Shown here piece after piece: positions 10,119-20,000 of a DNA stretch of 20,000 nt (its first letter is position 1; each line of letters opens with the position of its first letter). Source of the DNA: Catajapyx aquilonaris (lineage: Eukaryota). The translations under genes and the position numbers were made by a program. The notes below the pieces were generated by a model. That model worked only from the letters and a program-made list of their open reading frames with translations. It searched no databases and had not been told where the DNA came from. The stretch covers positions 50,368-70,367 of the forward strand of contig JYFJ02001773.1 in the NCBI GenBank assembly GCA_000934665.2. The letters run 5' to 3'.

Positions 10119-10526
10119 TTTATTACTTTCAAAACCCAACTTGTGTTTTCATGTCGCGTGTCCATGTGTGTAAAATATGTGTTGGTAGCCGCAGCTCATC
10201 GTAACAGTTATTGCAATGCCACCGAGAATGCAAATCTCTTGAAAATTTGAACTCGCACAATGCTTGGTAGCGATTAAAAGTTTAAAAATTGATTAGACAC
10301 ATGTTAAATACCAGGGACAATACCAGTAGTTAACAAAGGTCTGCATTCCAGACGATGCAGCCTGTTAGATACATAGTTGGCAATGTCTAGGAATCAGGGC
10401 AAGGGACTTGATATAACAATTAACCTCTGCAACAACAATTAACATGAGAGGCGAGCATTGTATAGTCACAAGCTACTGACCGCAGCTGGTGCACTTGCAA
10501 AAGAGGATACATAGTGTCTCTTTATT
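10119..10526 (-). promoter_or_regulatory. Candidate ARMC10-like polyadenylation signals
   Basis: Minus-strand AATAAA (plus-strand tttatt) at 10521..10526 and 10119..10124. Confidence 0.35.
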
Positions 10527-10902
10527 TACAGAAAAGTATCAGCATGTGAACCCGAGTGATGAAAGAGTGTATACTACAGCGGAAGCCTACTCTTTGGCTT
10601 TGCAAAACGAGTATTTCAAGTGGGTGAGTCTAAAGGACATGTGACTACGTAACATAATACTGACACAGGGGTTGGAAATAGAGAGTTGTAAAACATCCAC
10701 AGAGAAAGAGTAAAACTGTCCAGCGTTAGGGGCAAACAATCATTCCTCTTGTTGACTTTTTTTCTTCTTTCTTGAGAGCAATGTTTTCTCAGATGTTTAG
10801 TTTACAACTCACCTTTCACTCCCCTGGACACCAAACCCGAATGGTAGGGGTGGTGGCGGGCGTTGACCGTCCGGACTGGGAGCGCGATGAGTTGGCCCAC
10901 CC

Positions 10903-13900
10903 TCATGGTGGGGAGGAGAGCTTGATGGCTTCATACATGCGCCGGGCTTGGATCCGAATGTCCTCATTCTTGTGCTGGTTCATCAACACAAATGACTTGT
11001 TGCGCATCTTCTCGCTTGTATTGACACCATAGATGGCTGCATACCTGCTGGCGAGCCGTGAAATGGGGGGAGGAGTGGAAGGATCAGTTGATGAAAGAGG
11101 GTTTCACTGTGCCCTGAATCCTTATACAACATCCACTACTCTTACGGATTAGATTTCAGGACAACAGCAATATGATCTACTCACATGGTCTCCGGAGAGG
11201 CAGCCTTGTCCTCTGCAGGCAGGTCAATAGTGGGGTCGAGGCAGAGCTGTTTGGCAGTTGTGGTGAGATTGGCAAGCAGGGTAACTACCCTTAGCAGCAC
11301 ATCCTCATGAGTTGCAGGGTCTAGCAAGTAAATGAGCCTACGAGGTGCCTGTGCAGCGAGCAGAGAGGGCACCATGTCTTCATTGACCGACAAGTTGACC
11401 AACAGCTTCAGGGCCTGGAGTTTGGTCTGAGGTGCACCCAATTCCACCAGGGCATACAGGTCATGCAGGATAGGGTAGAATTCGTCATGCCAGTCAGGAA
11501 GAGCTGCTACATTTGTCAGGCACTGCATCGAGGCCAGAAGGAACTTGTCGTTGCGCTCATCGCGGTTCACGAATGATATCAAGATTGGGATTGCATTCTG
11601 CAAAAATTAAGTGACCCCAATATGAGTACATGTTTACAAGTTTTGATATGACCTATCCTTGCCTTGAGTTCCCTTTGATTCTGCTGGTTGAGTGCCATGT
11701 TCCCAAGGGCCTGTATGCAAACAAGCCTGACAGATGGGTTGTGATGAGTGAGGAGATTCTGCAGACGCAAGAGACAACCTGCTTCCCTCAGGCAGTCCTG
11801 ATTGGCTGAGAAGGTGGCACAGTTTCCAATCGTCACCAGTGTCCTCTCCAGAAGTTTCTCCTCCTAAGGAAGAAGCAAGGCATTACCCTAAATTCTTGGT
11901 CACATGTCACCAATCACCAACCTTTGAGTATAACAGTGCAACTAGACTCTTGGCCTCATGTGGGGTCATGACCCTCCCCCTAAAGCTGAGTGAATCCAGC
12001 TTGAGCCTAAGCTCCTCCTCCCCATCCCTCAGCAACTTCTCTGCCTCTTTCTCTGCCTTCAGATACCCCTCTTCCACGTCAGGGTCCATCTCCGGAGCTG
12101 ACCCACCGCTGGCCCCACCTGTGGCTGTGGTCAGCAGGAGGGCCCCTGGTTCAGGACTATGTCTCTGGCTACTGCTCCCAGCCAGAGAGCGCCTAGACCA
12201 CTTGCGACGCAGTGGGGAACTAGAGGGAGTCATGTCCCCAGTCACCACCATCAGGTTCTCCGTGGAGCGGCTGGCCAGGAAATGGCGGACATCCACTGGG
12301 CTCAGAATGCGAGGGGAGCTCCATGGAGAACACTAGAATGGAAAAGGGGATTAGTAAGGACCACCAACACATCATTGCAAGGATGCAGATTAGTCAATGA
12401 GTCCTTTGTCACACACACAAGTCACGTTAATTACTGGAAATGCGACATGCAGTCACCAAAGTGAAGAATAAAGGTGCAGGTACTGTTACAGTAGTTCAAA
12501 CCAGTTTATAAAATAGTGGAGGACAGGAATTACAGTGTGTCAGTGTCAAACTGTCAGTTTGTATTGCGCAATTGATTAGTGAAACCAGAACACGTGGTCG
12601 ATCTTTTTTAACCAATGTATTAACCACGTTTGTGGACGTTTCAGAACATTATTATCAACTAAGAAAAACAAAGGTAAACCCCTTGTTCTAAATTTACTTT
12701 CAATCCCACAATCGGGCATAATCACTCAAATGTTACTGACTGTCAGTGCTGAAGTCAGGAGGAAAGTAATTGTACTACTGTAACTGTTACATTGTGGGTG
12801 ATTGACCAGAACTTCTAATTACAGTATCAATTCAAGTTTAAAAATATGTCCTGCATGAAAAACATGCCAAGGCAAGTGTGAAATACTCAATACAATTTAT
12901 GCAGAACTTTTCGTTAAGTCAACTGTGAATTAAACTGTCACAATGTCAAGAGGTGCTTTTTGTTCCCTCCTGTATAAATATTAATTGTAGGGTTAGATGG
13001 TGCACTTAACAAATGTTTCGACTGAACTTGGCGAACCTTTGTACTGGAGGTCTGAAAGTTGTAATAGTCAGTTCATTATTCTTCTACTTATGTCATGTTC
13101 AGCAGAATCTAGGTTAAAGTCTTAAACACTTTAGTGTTAGCTTATGGTGTCAGTACTGCACATTCACAAACACCTCAATAAATTCTTACCACATTTATTC
13201 TCAGGTAGTCAAATCAACTCCCTATAACACAAATAATGAAATTGTTTACATCATGAAATGGAACAGTAACCATAAATGTTTCACTACCACCCTAATATTT
13301 ACTGTGTGCAGTAATAAAATTATTACCTACTTGTGTCCATCGGTATGTAATGTAACTTCTGTGGACGGGAGTGAAAAGTAGGCAGATAAATGGAGGGGAT
13401 GGGGCAACGGCTGTGAAATAAGTGCAACCTCCACTACATGCCTTGAATTGCATTCAACTTCGCAACATGCATGCCACCCTAATTCATTACCAGTTGAGTA
13501 CACATGTGAAGCACATCTTTCCATCTGGCTGCATATGTATGGCCAACCAGATTGGGCAGAGGTTCATTTGGGTGTATCCCAATCAATGAGAAGCATACTT
13601 CTTGAGTAGTTGCCAACACATGAAATCCACGCATGATTGGTATCAAGTGTGAACCAATGATCCCCAGAAAAGAAATCAGACTTGTCCCTTTTTTTCCTTC
13701 ATTGCAAGGCATGCTAAAAATCTACATCAATGCGACTTTCTGGTAACAATTGTTTATGTGCAGTTTCTGTTCATAATTTGTGGCTCTAATAGGCTAGCTT
13801 TGGACACAGAAGAAAATAAATGAACACTACCAACAACTTGCTACCACCTTTCTCGTACCAGGTTTTACATCATGCACATCAAAATCACGAGATTAATTTT

Positions 13901-15499
13901 TTCAATGACTATGACACATATGACTTTACTAGGTTCATAATTAACACTCCACGAATAAAAGAATTTCTATCACACACACGAGCATTTTTGAAAGGAGTAT
14001 AAAACCACATGCACCTCTCTACTATCCATTTCAAAAATGTACTCTCTTTAATTGGCACCAGAATTACACGAATACTTTTGCACATATGAAAATCCTTTCT
14101 TTTCAGTGAATTGCATAAACATGGGTGTCTTTTAAAGCCTAGTGAGATGTCTTTTTAATCACTCCTTGAGAATGAAAATTACTGGTATCCTGTTACACCG
14201 CTCCAAGCAGGAAATGGTGGATATCTAATAATACACTGCATGAGTTTTTATGCAACAGTATTTGGGCAATATTGGTACCAATTGTGGTAATTACATTTTT
14301 GAAAAGGCTAGTTCCACTAGTGAAAGTAGCAGATAGGAACAAAATAGCAACCCTAATAATTACTCGTCTACTAGAGTCAACCTCAACCTGCAGGCTGCGT
14401 GGGCCAGGTAAGGGTGTGTGTCGTGGGGAGGGCCCATTGCCCTGGTGGGCTTGAATGGCCAGCATGGTGTCTGCAAACTGACGGGCTCGCAGGTTCAGCT
14501 CCCTAATCCGCTCCTGGACCGAGAGGGGACGGAGGATGATCCTCCCACCGCCCCCTCTCCCTCCACCCACTCCTCCTCCACCAGTGTCCAGGTTGCCCAG
14601 GAGGATGTCCGTTTGGGTGGTTTGGGACAAACGTCGGAAGTACAGCCGGTTCTCTTCATGGTATTCACCTGGCAACAACAGTCAATCAATCACTTGTCCA
14701 CATGTAAATCTGTAACAATCTTTAAAAGTCTGCAGCAAAGCTATTTGTTTGATATGTGCGAGCAGTTGATTCAAGTGTTTACTACATGTCATGCCACATA
14801 TCAACAGCAGTGATGTGGGCTTTACTATTTCCTGCAATGCATTTTAATCAGATACATGAATCATTTGCCAACGTTCATGCGTAACCTTGAATAGGGGAGG
14901 GTATGAAGTAACAGCTCACAGATTGCTACATATTGATGTAAATGGTGGTGAGTGCAATGACAGCTTCAGTTCAGATACGATTTCAATTCAAAACCCTAAG
15001 CGGCACAATGGTGTAGTGGTTATCACTACAGCTTGCCACATCCACAGCACCAATTACGATACCTAGGTTGAGCAAAGGACTTGAGTTTCAATGTCATCTC
15101 CATGTTGATATGTTTTTTCAGGGTTCTCTTGTTTCCTCCCACTATCTATCAACCACCATCCAATACATTAGACCCCCATTGTTGGGACATGTCCTGTACT
15201 TGAACGTGAGGACCAGGGCGCTTTGCAGTGAGCAAGTGAACATGACACGGCAGCAACGCAACAGTTCAAAGCATAACGCTGCGGACTGCAGTGTGCCTAG
15301 TTGATGAGCGTCAGCCTGCCTCCACCTACCAGAGTGTGACCAATGTATATGTAGTGATGCCAGTACCTTCCCTCCTTCCCAGCTTCCTACAGAAGGCAGT
15401 CCTGACCACGGAGTACCCAACGTATGCGAACCCGGCGAAGATGGCCGAGCAGAGTGCCACCTTGTTCACTGTCTTGTCGTTGCCCGGACCACTCGCCAT
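10903..15499 (-). CDS. ARMC10: Armadillo repeat-containing protein 10-like (ARMC10/ARMCX family, N-terminal TM plus Arm_2-type domain); exons 15499..15367, 14668..14388, 12332..11922, 11863..11663, 11597..11185, 11044..10903 (1581 nt, 526 aa)
   Basis: Exon 1 encodes a signal anchor (VALCSAIFAGFAYVGYSVVRTAFCRK). The ARM region LERTLVTIGNCATFSANQ..ALGNMALNQQNQ..TKLQALKLLVNLSVNEDMVPSLLAAQ..EDVLLRVVTLLANL matches recalled ARMC10 motifs. Intron phases 1,0,0,0,2 are consistent; intron 4 (11662..11598) needs a GC donor. Confidence 0.87.
15000..15150 (+). mobile_element. Decayed tRNA-derived SINE with a V-domain-like core, in ARMC10 intron 1 (antisense to host)
   Basis: Head GGCACAATGGTGTAGTGGTTATCAC contains a Pol III A box (15009..15019) and a degenerate B box near 15066. 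15083..15142 (GAGTTTCAATGT..TTTTCAGGGTTCTCTTGTTTCCTCCCAC) resembles the recalled V-SINE core GAGTTTGCATGT..CCGGGTGCTCCGGTTTCCTCCCAC. Confidence 0.6.
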
Positions 15500-15963
15500 C
15501 TTCCTCTTCTCTCCCCCGTCGAGACTAACGCCACTTTTGTCTCTTTCTCTGGCTGTCCGGGGGAGGGTCTATGCTGGTGCCTGGCTTCGGAGGGGAGACA
15601 ACTAGGGGAGGGAGGGAGGCAGGAGGGAGGCTGTCGTCTGCTGTCGTTGGGGTGGGAGGGAGGGGGGGGGAGGGGCAAGAATATGTCCACCAGGTGGCAC
15701 CACCAGCGTGTTTTTAATATTAAAATACGGGCTGTTGGGGTCATTTGCCATTTTTTTATAATTAATAGTAATTAATCATTTAGCTAGCCGCATTAATCAG
15801 CTGCTGTTGAGACTACTTCAGGACTTTCTGAACACACCCCCCTGCGTTCAGAACATCAGAAGTGGTTGCCTCCATAGTCCATTCCCAGCGCTTGGTTTCT
15901 GGCGGCTTTTCCTTCTGTTTCCTTCTTTGTTCTGTCCTTCAGCTAGACCCAGCAGGCTCGAAG
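15500..15963. promoter_or_regulatory. Bidirectional promoter region between ARMC10-like and MAGE/NSE3, containing a G-rich tract
   Basis: Divergent ATGs 464 bp apart; G-runs at 15605..15675; AT-rich centre at about 15710..15785. Confidence 0.6.
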
Positions 15964-17397
15964 ATGCCGAAGATGCCGCCCAGGAAAAGGCAGGCCGATT
16001 CAGTAAGAGAAACAGCGTGTATGGTGTACTGTATTAACACAACCATGTGAAGCACATGTGATTTGTAGGGATTTGACATGAATACGCTTCGACCCCCACA
16101 GCCTGGCTCATACATTTGCTTTTCAGGACAACAGTTCGGATGAGGACTATCGAATGAGCACCCAAAGTAGCACCTCCAGTAGTGCTAGCAGGAAGGGGAA
16201 GCTTGGTAGGGAGGATATTGACGAACTGGCCAACAAGCTGGTGCAGTATGTTCTGATCACCGACAGGAAAAAGAACCTCATCAGACGCACTGCCATTAAC
16301 AAGCATCTGGTTGTGAAAATGGGCAGGCAGTTTCTCACTGTTTTGGATAAGGCTCAGGCAACTATCAAAGAGGTGTATGGGTTCAGGATTGTGCCCCATC
16401 CAGACAATAAGGAGCAGTTCATGCTCATCAGAGACTCGGTGCTAGGGGAGAATGAGCATTTGCTCTTTAAGGACTCCAATAAGAAAAAATCCACTGATGC
16501 AGTTCGTTTCCTGGTTCTGGCACTGATATACATGCTGGGCGGAACTGTGCAGGAAGGTGAGTTTGTATTTTACATGCAGTTATTAGAGAAATTATTCTGC
16601 TGTGTAATATTCAACTGGTAATAGGAAGTTCTAATTAAACACACGGCATGTCAATGATGAGACGACTGTGCTGAGTTGGCCATTGTCACCATGTAGACAC
16701 CCCATAAAATTTTTCTTACTCATTCAGTTTAAGCCTGAGACATGCAATTTCAAAGCATCGCTTTTACATATTGTACCTAGCTATTCAATTATAGTAAACC
16801 ATTTCACGACAGTTTTCAAAATACTACAAATTAGAAAAATTTCAATTGGAAATCCTCTTGCAAGAATAATGAGGTTTTCTACCATATTCTGATTTATTGG
16901 CAACTACTTTAATAGCCATGTATCATTTTTCAGAGGTCCTCATGCGACATCTGAAGACGTTTGGGATTGATCCTGGCACATCTCATAAAGTGGTTGGCAA
17001 CATCCAGCGCTTTTTCAAGGAGGTGGGTTACGTCGGTGATGCCTTTCAATAAGAAGCCTTCCCTTTCTATAGCAAAATTTTGTTCATTTCTCAGGATCTG
17101 ATAAAGCGCCAATGGATAGAATTGAAGCCCATAGAAAACGTGTCACCCACAAAGAACGAGGTCAGCTGGGGGCGTCGAGCTGAACTAGAAGTAGACAAGA
17201 TGCAGGTGCTCGAACTTGTAGCTCAGGTAAGCATATGCTTTTTACACTCATTTTTGTAAGCACTCGTGATTGTAAGTGTTGCCATTTGTTGAGCTACAGC
17301 TTCTTTTTTGTGTTGGTGACAGATTCTGCAGGATACCAAAAAGGAAGACTGGACTGCACAGTACCGCATGGCCCACCAGCAGAAGGATAGTTGGTAG
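15964..17397 (+). CDS. NSMCE3: MAGE-domain protein, probable SMC5/6 subunit NSE3; exons 15964..16002, 16127..16556, 16934..17022, 17095..17226, 17323..17397 (765 nt, 254 aa)
   Basis: MAGE homology motifs: ANKLVQYVLITDRKKNLIRR..I, A..IKEVYGF, LVLALIYM.GG.V.EEVLMRHLKTFGI, H..VGN, SWGRRAELEVDKMQVLELVAQ, W..QY..A. Four GT-AG introns with consistent phases (0,1,0,0). The second ATG at 15973 is an alternative start. Confidence 0.88.
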
Positions 17398-17459
17398 GAT
17401 GTTGGTTTGTATGCAAAAATGTTACATGGGACCATTGTCCAGATGTGAATGTGGAAACG

Positions 17460-17465
17460 AATAAA
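17460..17465 (+). promoter_or_regulatory. Putative proximal polyadenylation signal of MAGE/NSE3
   Basis: AATAAA 62 nt after the stop; another AATAAA occurs at about 18811. Confidence 0.5.
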
Positions 17466-17709
17466 GGAATGCATGAGACTGGAAAGCTTACAAAGTTTTT
17501 ACACATTGGGGAATGCATGTGTTTATATCCTAGTGGCTGTTTCCAATCCGTATGAACAATATTATGTGAAAATTTCTGTTTTGGTGAAAAAATAGTCAAC
17601 CGCATTTGCATTTGCCTATTCTATAATTCTACCCACAACTAATTGAAACTATTTGTTGCTTAATGTAATGTGCAGAGTGTGCTAAAGGCAATTACATATT
17701 ACATTAGAG

Positions 17710-18078
17710 CAGGGGTGGGAAACTTTTTTCTCCGTGGGCTGCATAGAGATTTTTAAAAAATTGACAGGCCACATCTAACAAAAGAAATTTCAACTGATTT
17801 AAAAAGTTTACAATTATATATCCATCGTTTTAAATGAACTTCCATTAATTGCATAAATTATCATTAAATTCTCTGAAAATCGATAAAATTAGCTAGATAT
17901 ATCAATGAAAATGGCCTGTATAAATTTTAAAAAACTATTTTTGTGAATTTGCACAGGCATAAAATTTCACAATTTTAATTTTTCAACATTTTCAGGAATA
18001 CCGAAATTTTTGCGCGGGCCGCACAAATTGTCTCTGCTGGCTGGATCTGGCCCACGGGTCGTAGTTTGCCCACCCCTG
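17710..18078. mobile_element. Non-autonomous hAT (Charlie-like) DNA transposon / MITE, 369 bp
   Basis: TIRs CAGGGGTGGG-AAACT and AGTTTGCCCACCCCTG (one indel). Near-perfect 8-bp TSD CATTAGAG (17702..17709) / AATTAGAG (18079..18086). Subterminal GCGGGCCGCA and GGCCCACGGG motifs; AT-rich interior. Confidence 0.88.
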
Positions 18079-18432
18079 AATTAGAGCCTCAATGGTCCAG
18101 ACTGTATTTTTCCAGATGCCAACATATGCTATTTTTATAATTCTGCATAAAGCATGTCACATACTTTCCTTGTTACTCTGCCAGTGGTTTGGCAGTGAAT
18201 GACACAAATGAGTACCTGTGTGGACATACAGTATAATTATCCTGTACTTATTAAGAAATCAGATATTAAATTACTGCTTAGTTTTTATCACCTGTAACAT
18301 TGTAACATGCAATTTTTTAAATATCTCCACCTCCCAGCTTACTCATTATCCTGACTTGTTAATTATCTGGTGCATCTTGTTCCCATTTCGTCTGAATAAT
18401 CGAATGTACTTTAATGTGGTTCAGTAACACAT

Positions 18433-18615
18433 TAGATGCAGCGGTAATGCTCACTCCCAAGGATAGAAAGATTCCTGTGTTTGGTCCGAAGCCATTTCTC
18501 ATTCTGTGTGGAGTTTTGTCGCCAGGATTATGTTGGATGGGATTCCCAACAGACTAACCAACCAGAGGAACGCACAAATAGGCACTGCAGCGGTGCTTCT
18601 TTTTCCCCTCCTTGC
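18433..18615 (+). mobile_element. Possible second, highly decayed tRNA-headed SINE
   Basis: A-box-like GATGCAGCGGTAA, B-box-like TCCTGTGTTTGGTCC, then CTGTGTGGAGTTTTG (about 18504..18518), which resembles the start of the V-SINE core. The downstream match is poor. Confidence 0.3.
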
Positions 18616-19359
18616 AACCCTCCCTTACTTATGGTACTCAGTCAAGATGGGAAAGGTCCTAACCTTGTATGTCTAGGGTTCTAGGCAATTGCAGGTATCA
18701 CGACAGATGTCCAATATTGGCAGTGCACCAATCCAATTATACGATTTAGAAATGTAAATTGTGATGATTGTAGTAAGTATGAGTAAATGTAAATGTGACA
18801 TGTTATGCATAATAAAATAATATTTTGAATTTGCTTTTTTTTTTTACGTGGAATTTAAAACCCGTAGAGACCAAAAGCGGTAAGATGCCTGAAAGCTCAA
18901 TTGTGTACCCGCCACAGTATCCTGTGTGCATGTTATAATATGATGCAAAAACTACAGCTCTTAATTGCTTAGATTGCACAATAGTATATGTGCATTCAGA
19001 TCAAAGATTGCTGCTAAATATTTGGACCACCTAACCTCGTTTTACACAATCAGCTATCAACACTAATTTACTATGCAAAGTGGAATGTGAGATACATGGT
19101 GCATAATTATAGTTAATAACTTACAAAACATGCACAATAGTGATGCAAATGTGTGCATACAGTCTGGAGCAGACTTGACCGATAGTGGCTGAATAGCAAT
19201 GGAATTTAGGGGTTTTCCAAGATCACGGCTGGCCGCCACTTATCAGCCACCACTGCATTCAAACACCATAAACTAGAATTATCAAGTAAAATGCAGGCCA
19301 ATTTACACTCAGATAACAGAACAAAAAGTACAAATATAAATTATCACCGGGAAAAATAT

Positions 19360-19797
19360 TCAGGATAATTCGAGCAATAAACAGTGGTAACCCAAGTAGA
19401 CATTAGGAAGCAAAAGATGGCATGTCATCCGACACCCAATGAGTCGATGCAAACAGGAAGGACTAGGAGGGGCGTATCTGGCTCCATCATTTTTGGCCCT
19501 CCCAAAAGAGATGGATGAGGATTTTGGGAAGGTAAAGTTTGAAGCAACCCCTCCGACTCGGGTTGCAGTCTGAACCCTGGGAACATACATTGGGAGTCTA
19601 TAAGTCAAGAGTTGAGGTGATGTCCTGAGGGACGAAAGTGATTCAAAAGAGATGCTGGGTTTTATCTGTTGTTGCCGCTTCCTATACCAGAAGTCACCAC
19701 TTCCAGTTTGGTCTTCCTGATTTAAATATAGGCTACGGATGTTCAAGAAATATGTTACGTAACTGTCTAAAGGAGGCTGAAGAATATCGTCCAGCGA
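19360..19797 (-). other. Unassigned open frame (about 145 codons) preceded by a possible splice acceptor; either a terminal exon of a gene beyond the window or a TE relic
   Basis: The frame is open from CAACAG| near 19798 to TGA at 19360 and is more GC-rich than the AT-rich DNA at about 18700..19350. No recognisable domain. Confidence 0.2.
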
Positions 19798-20000
19798 CCT
19801 GTTGATTACTTATTGATAAAATTAATGCAACTGCACGATAATTGACAATGGGTTTTATGTAAGTTAAAGGTCTTTGAGGTCGAATATCCTCCGGCGTACG
19901 TCACAATTGCTGCCATACCGGCCAAACAAAATTGGACCATATGGTAATTATATACTGCACTATCGCACTTTGCCACTGCATCCAATGTCAAGTGTATTGG

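Noticed and set aside
11839..12464. Plus-strand ORFs of 165 and 101 aa
   Set aside because: Antisense to GC-rich ARMC10-like exon 3.
13327..14002. Short ORFs in ARMC10-like intron 2
   Set aside because: No recognisable motifs, and exons 2 and 3 already join in frame without them.
15002..15075. Functional tRNA gene
   Set aside because: Only the 5' arm and A box resemble tRNA. The B box is degenerate and there is no acceptor-stem complement, so a SINE head is the better explanation.
15438..15447. YY1-like motif AAGATGGCCG
   Set aside because: It lies inside ARMC10-like coding exon 1 (SAIF codons) and is explained by coding sequence.
1..20000. Prokaryotic-type system (CRISPR array, operon, defence island)
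   Set aside because: The sequence is spliced eukaryotic DNA; no regularly spaced repeat-spacer array or operon structure is visible.

Overview
Gene-dense eukaryotic (animal, most likely invertebrate) genomic DNA with many short introns of about 57-72 bp; no prokaryotic features. Five spliced protein-coding genes can be reconstructed with phase-consistent splice sites: the 3' end of SPRYD3 (+, ends 1271), ASZ1/GASZ (-, 8895..1812, 8 exons, about 654 aa, piRNA-pathway ankyrin-SAM protein with a C-terminal tail anchor), PET117 (+, 9282..9569), an ARMC10-like gene (-, 15499..10903, about 526 aa, one GC-AG intron) and a multi-exon MAGE/NSE3 gene (+, 15964..17397). ASZ1/PET117 and ARMC10/MAGE form two compact head-to-head pairs. 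Mobile DNA comprises a 161-bp TA-flanked foldback MITE in ASZ1 intron 1, a 369-bp hAT/Charlie-like MITE with an 8-bp TSD, and one or two decayed tRNA-headed V-SINE-like copies. I see no wholly new biological system. The best leads are an unusually large Pro/Gln/Glu-rich exon and an alternative first exon in GASZ, an extended ARMC10 linker with TQT and AMPK-site-like motifs, and three adjacent mitochondria-associated genes. Gene names rest on recalled similarity to family members, not on a database search.
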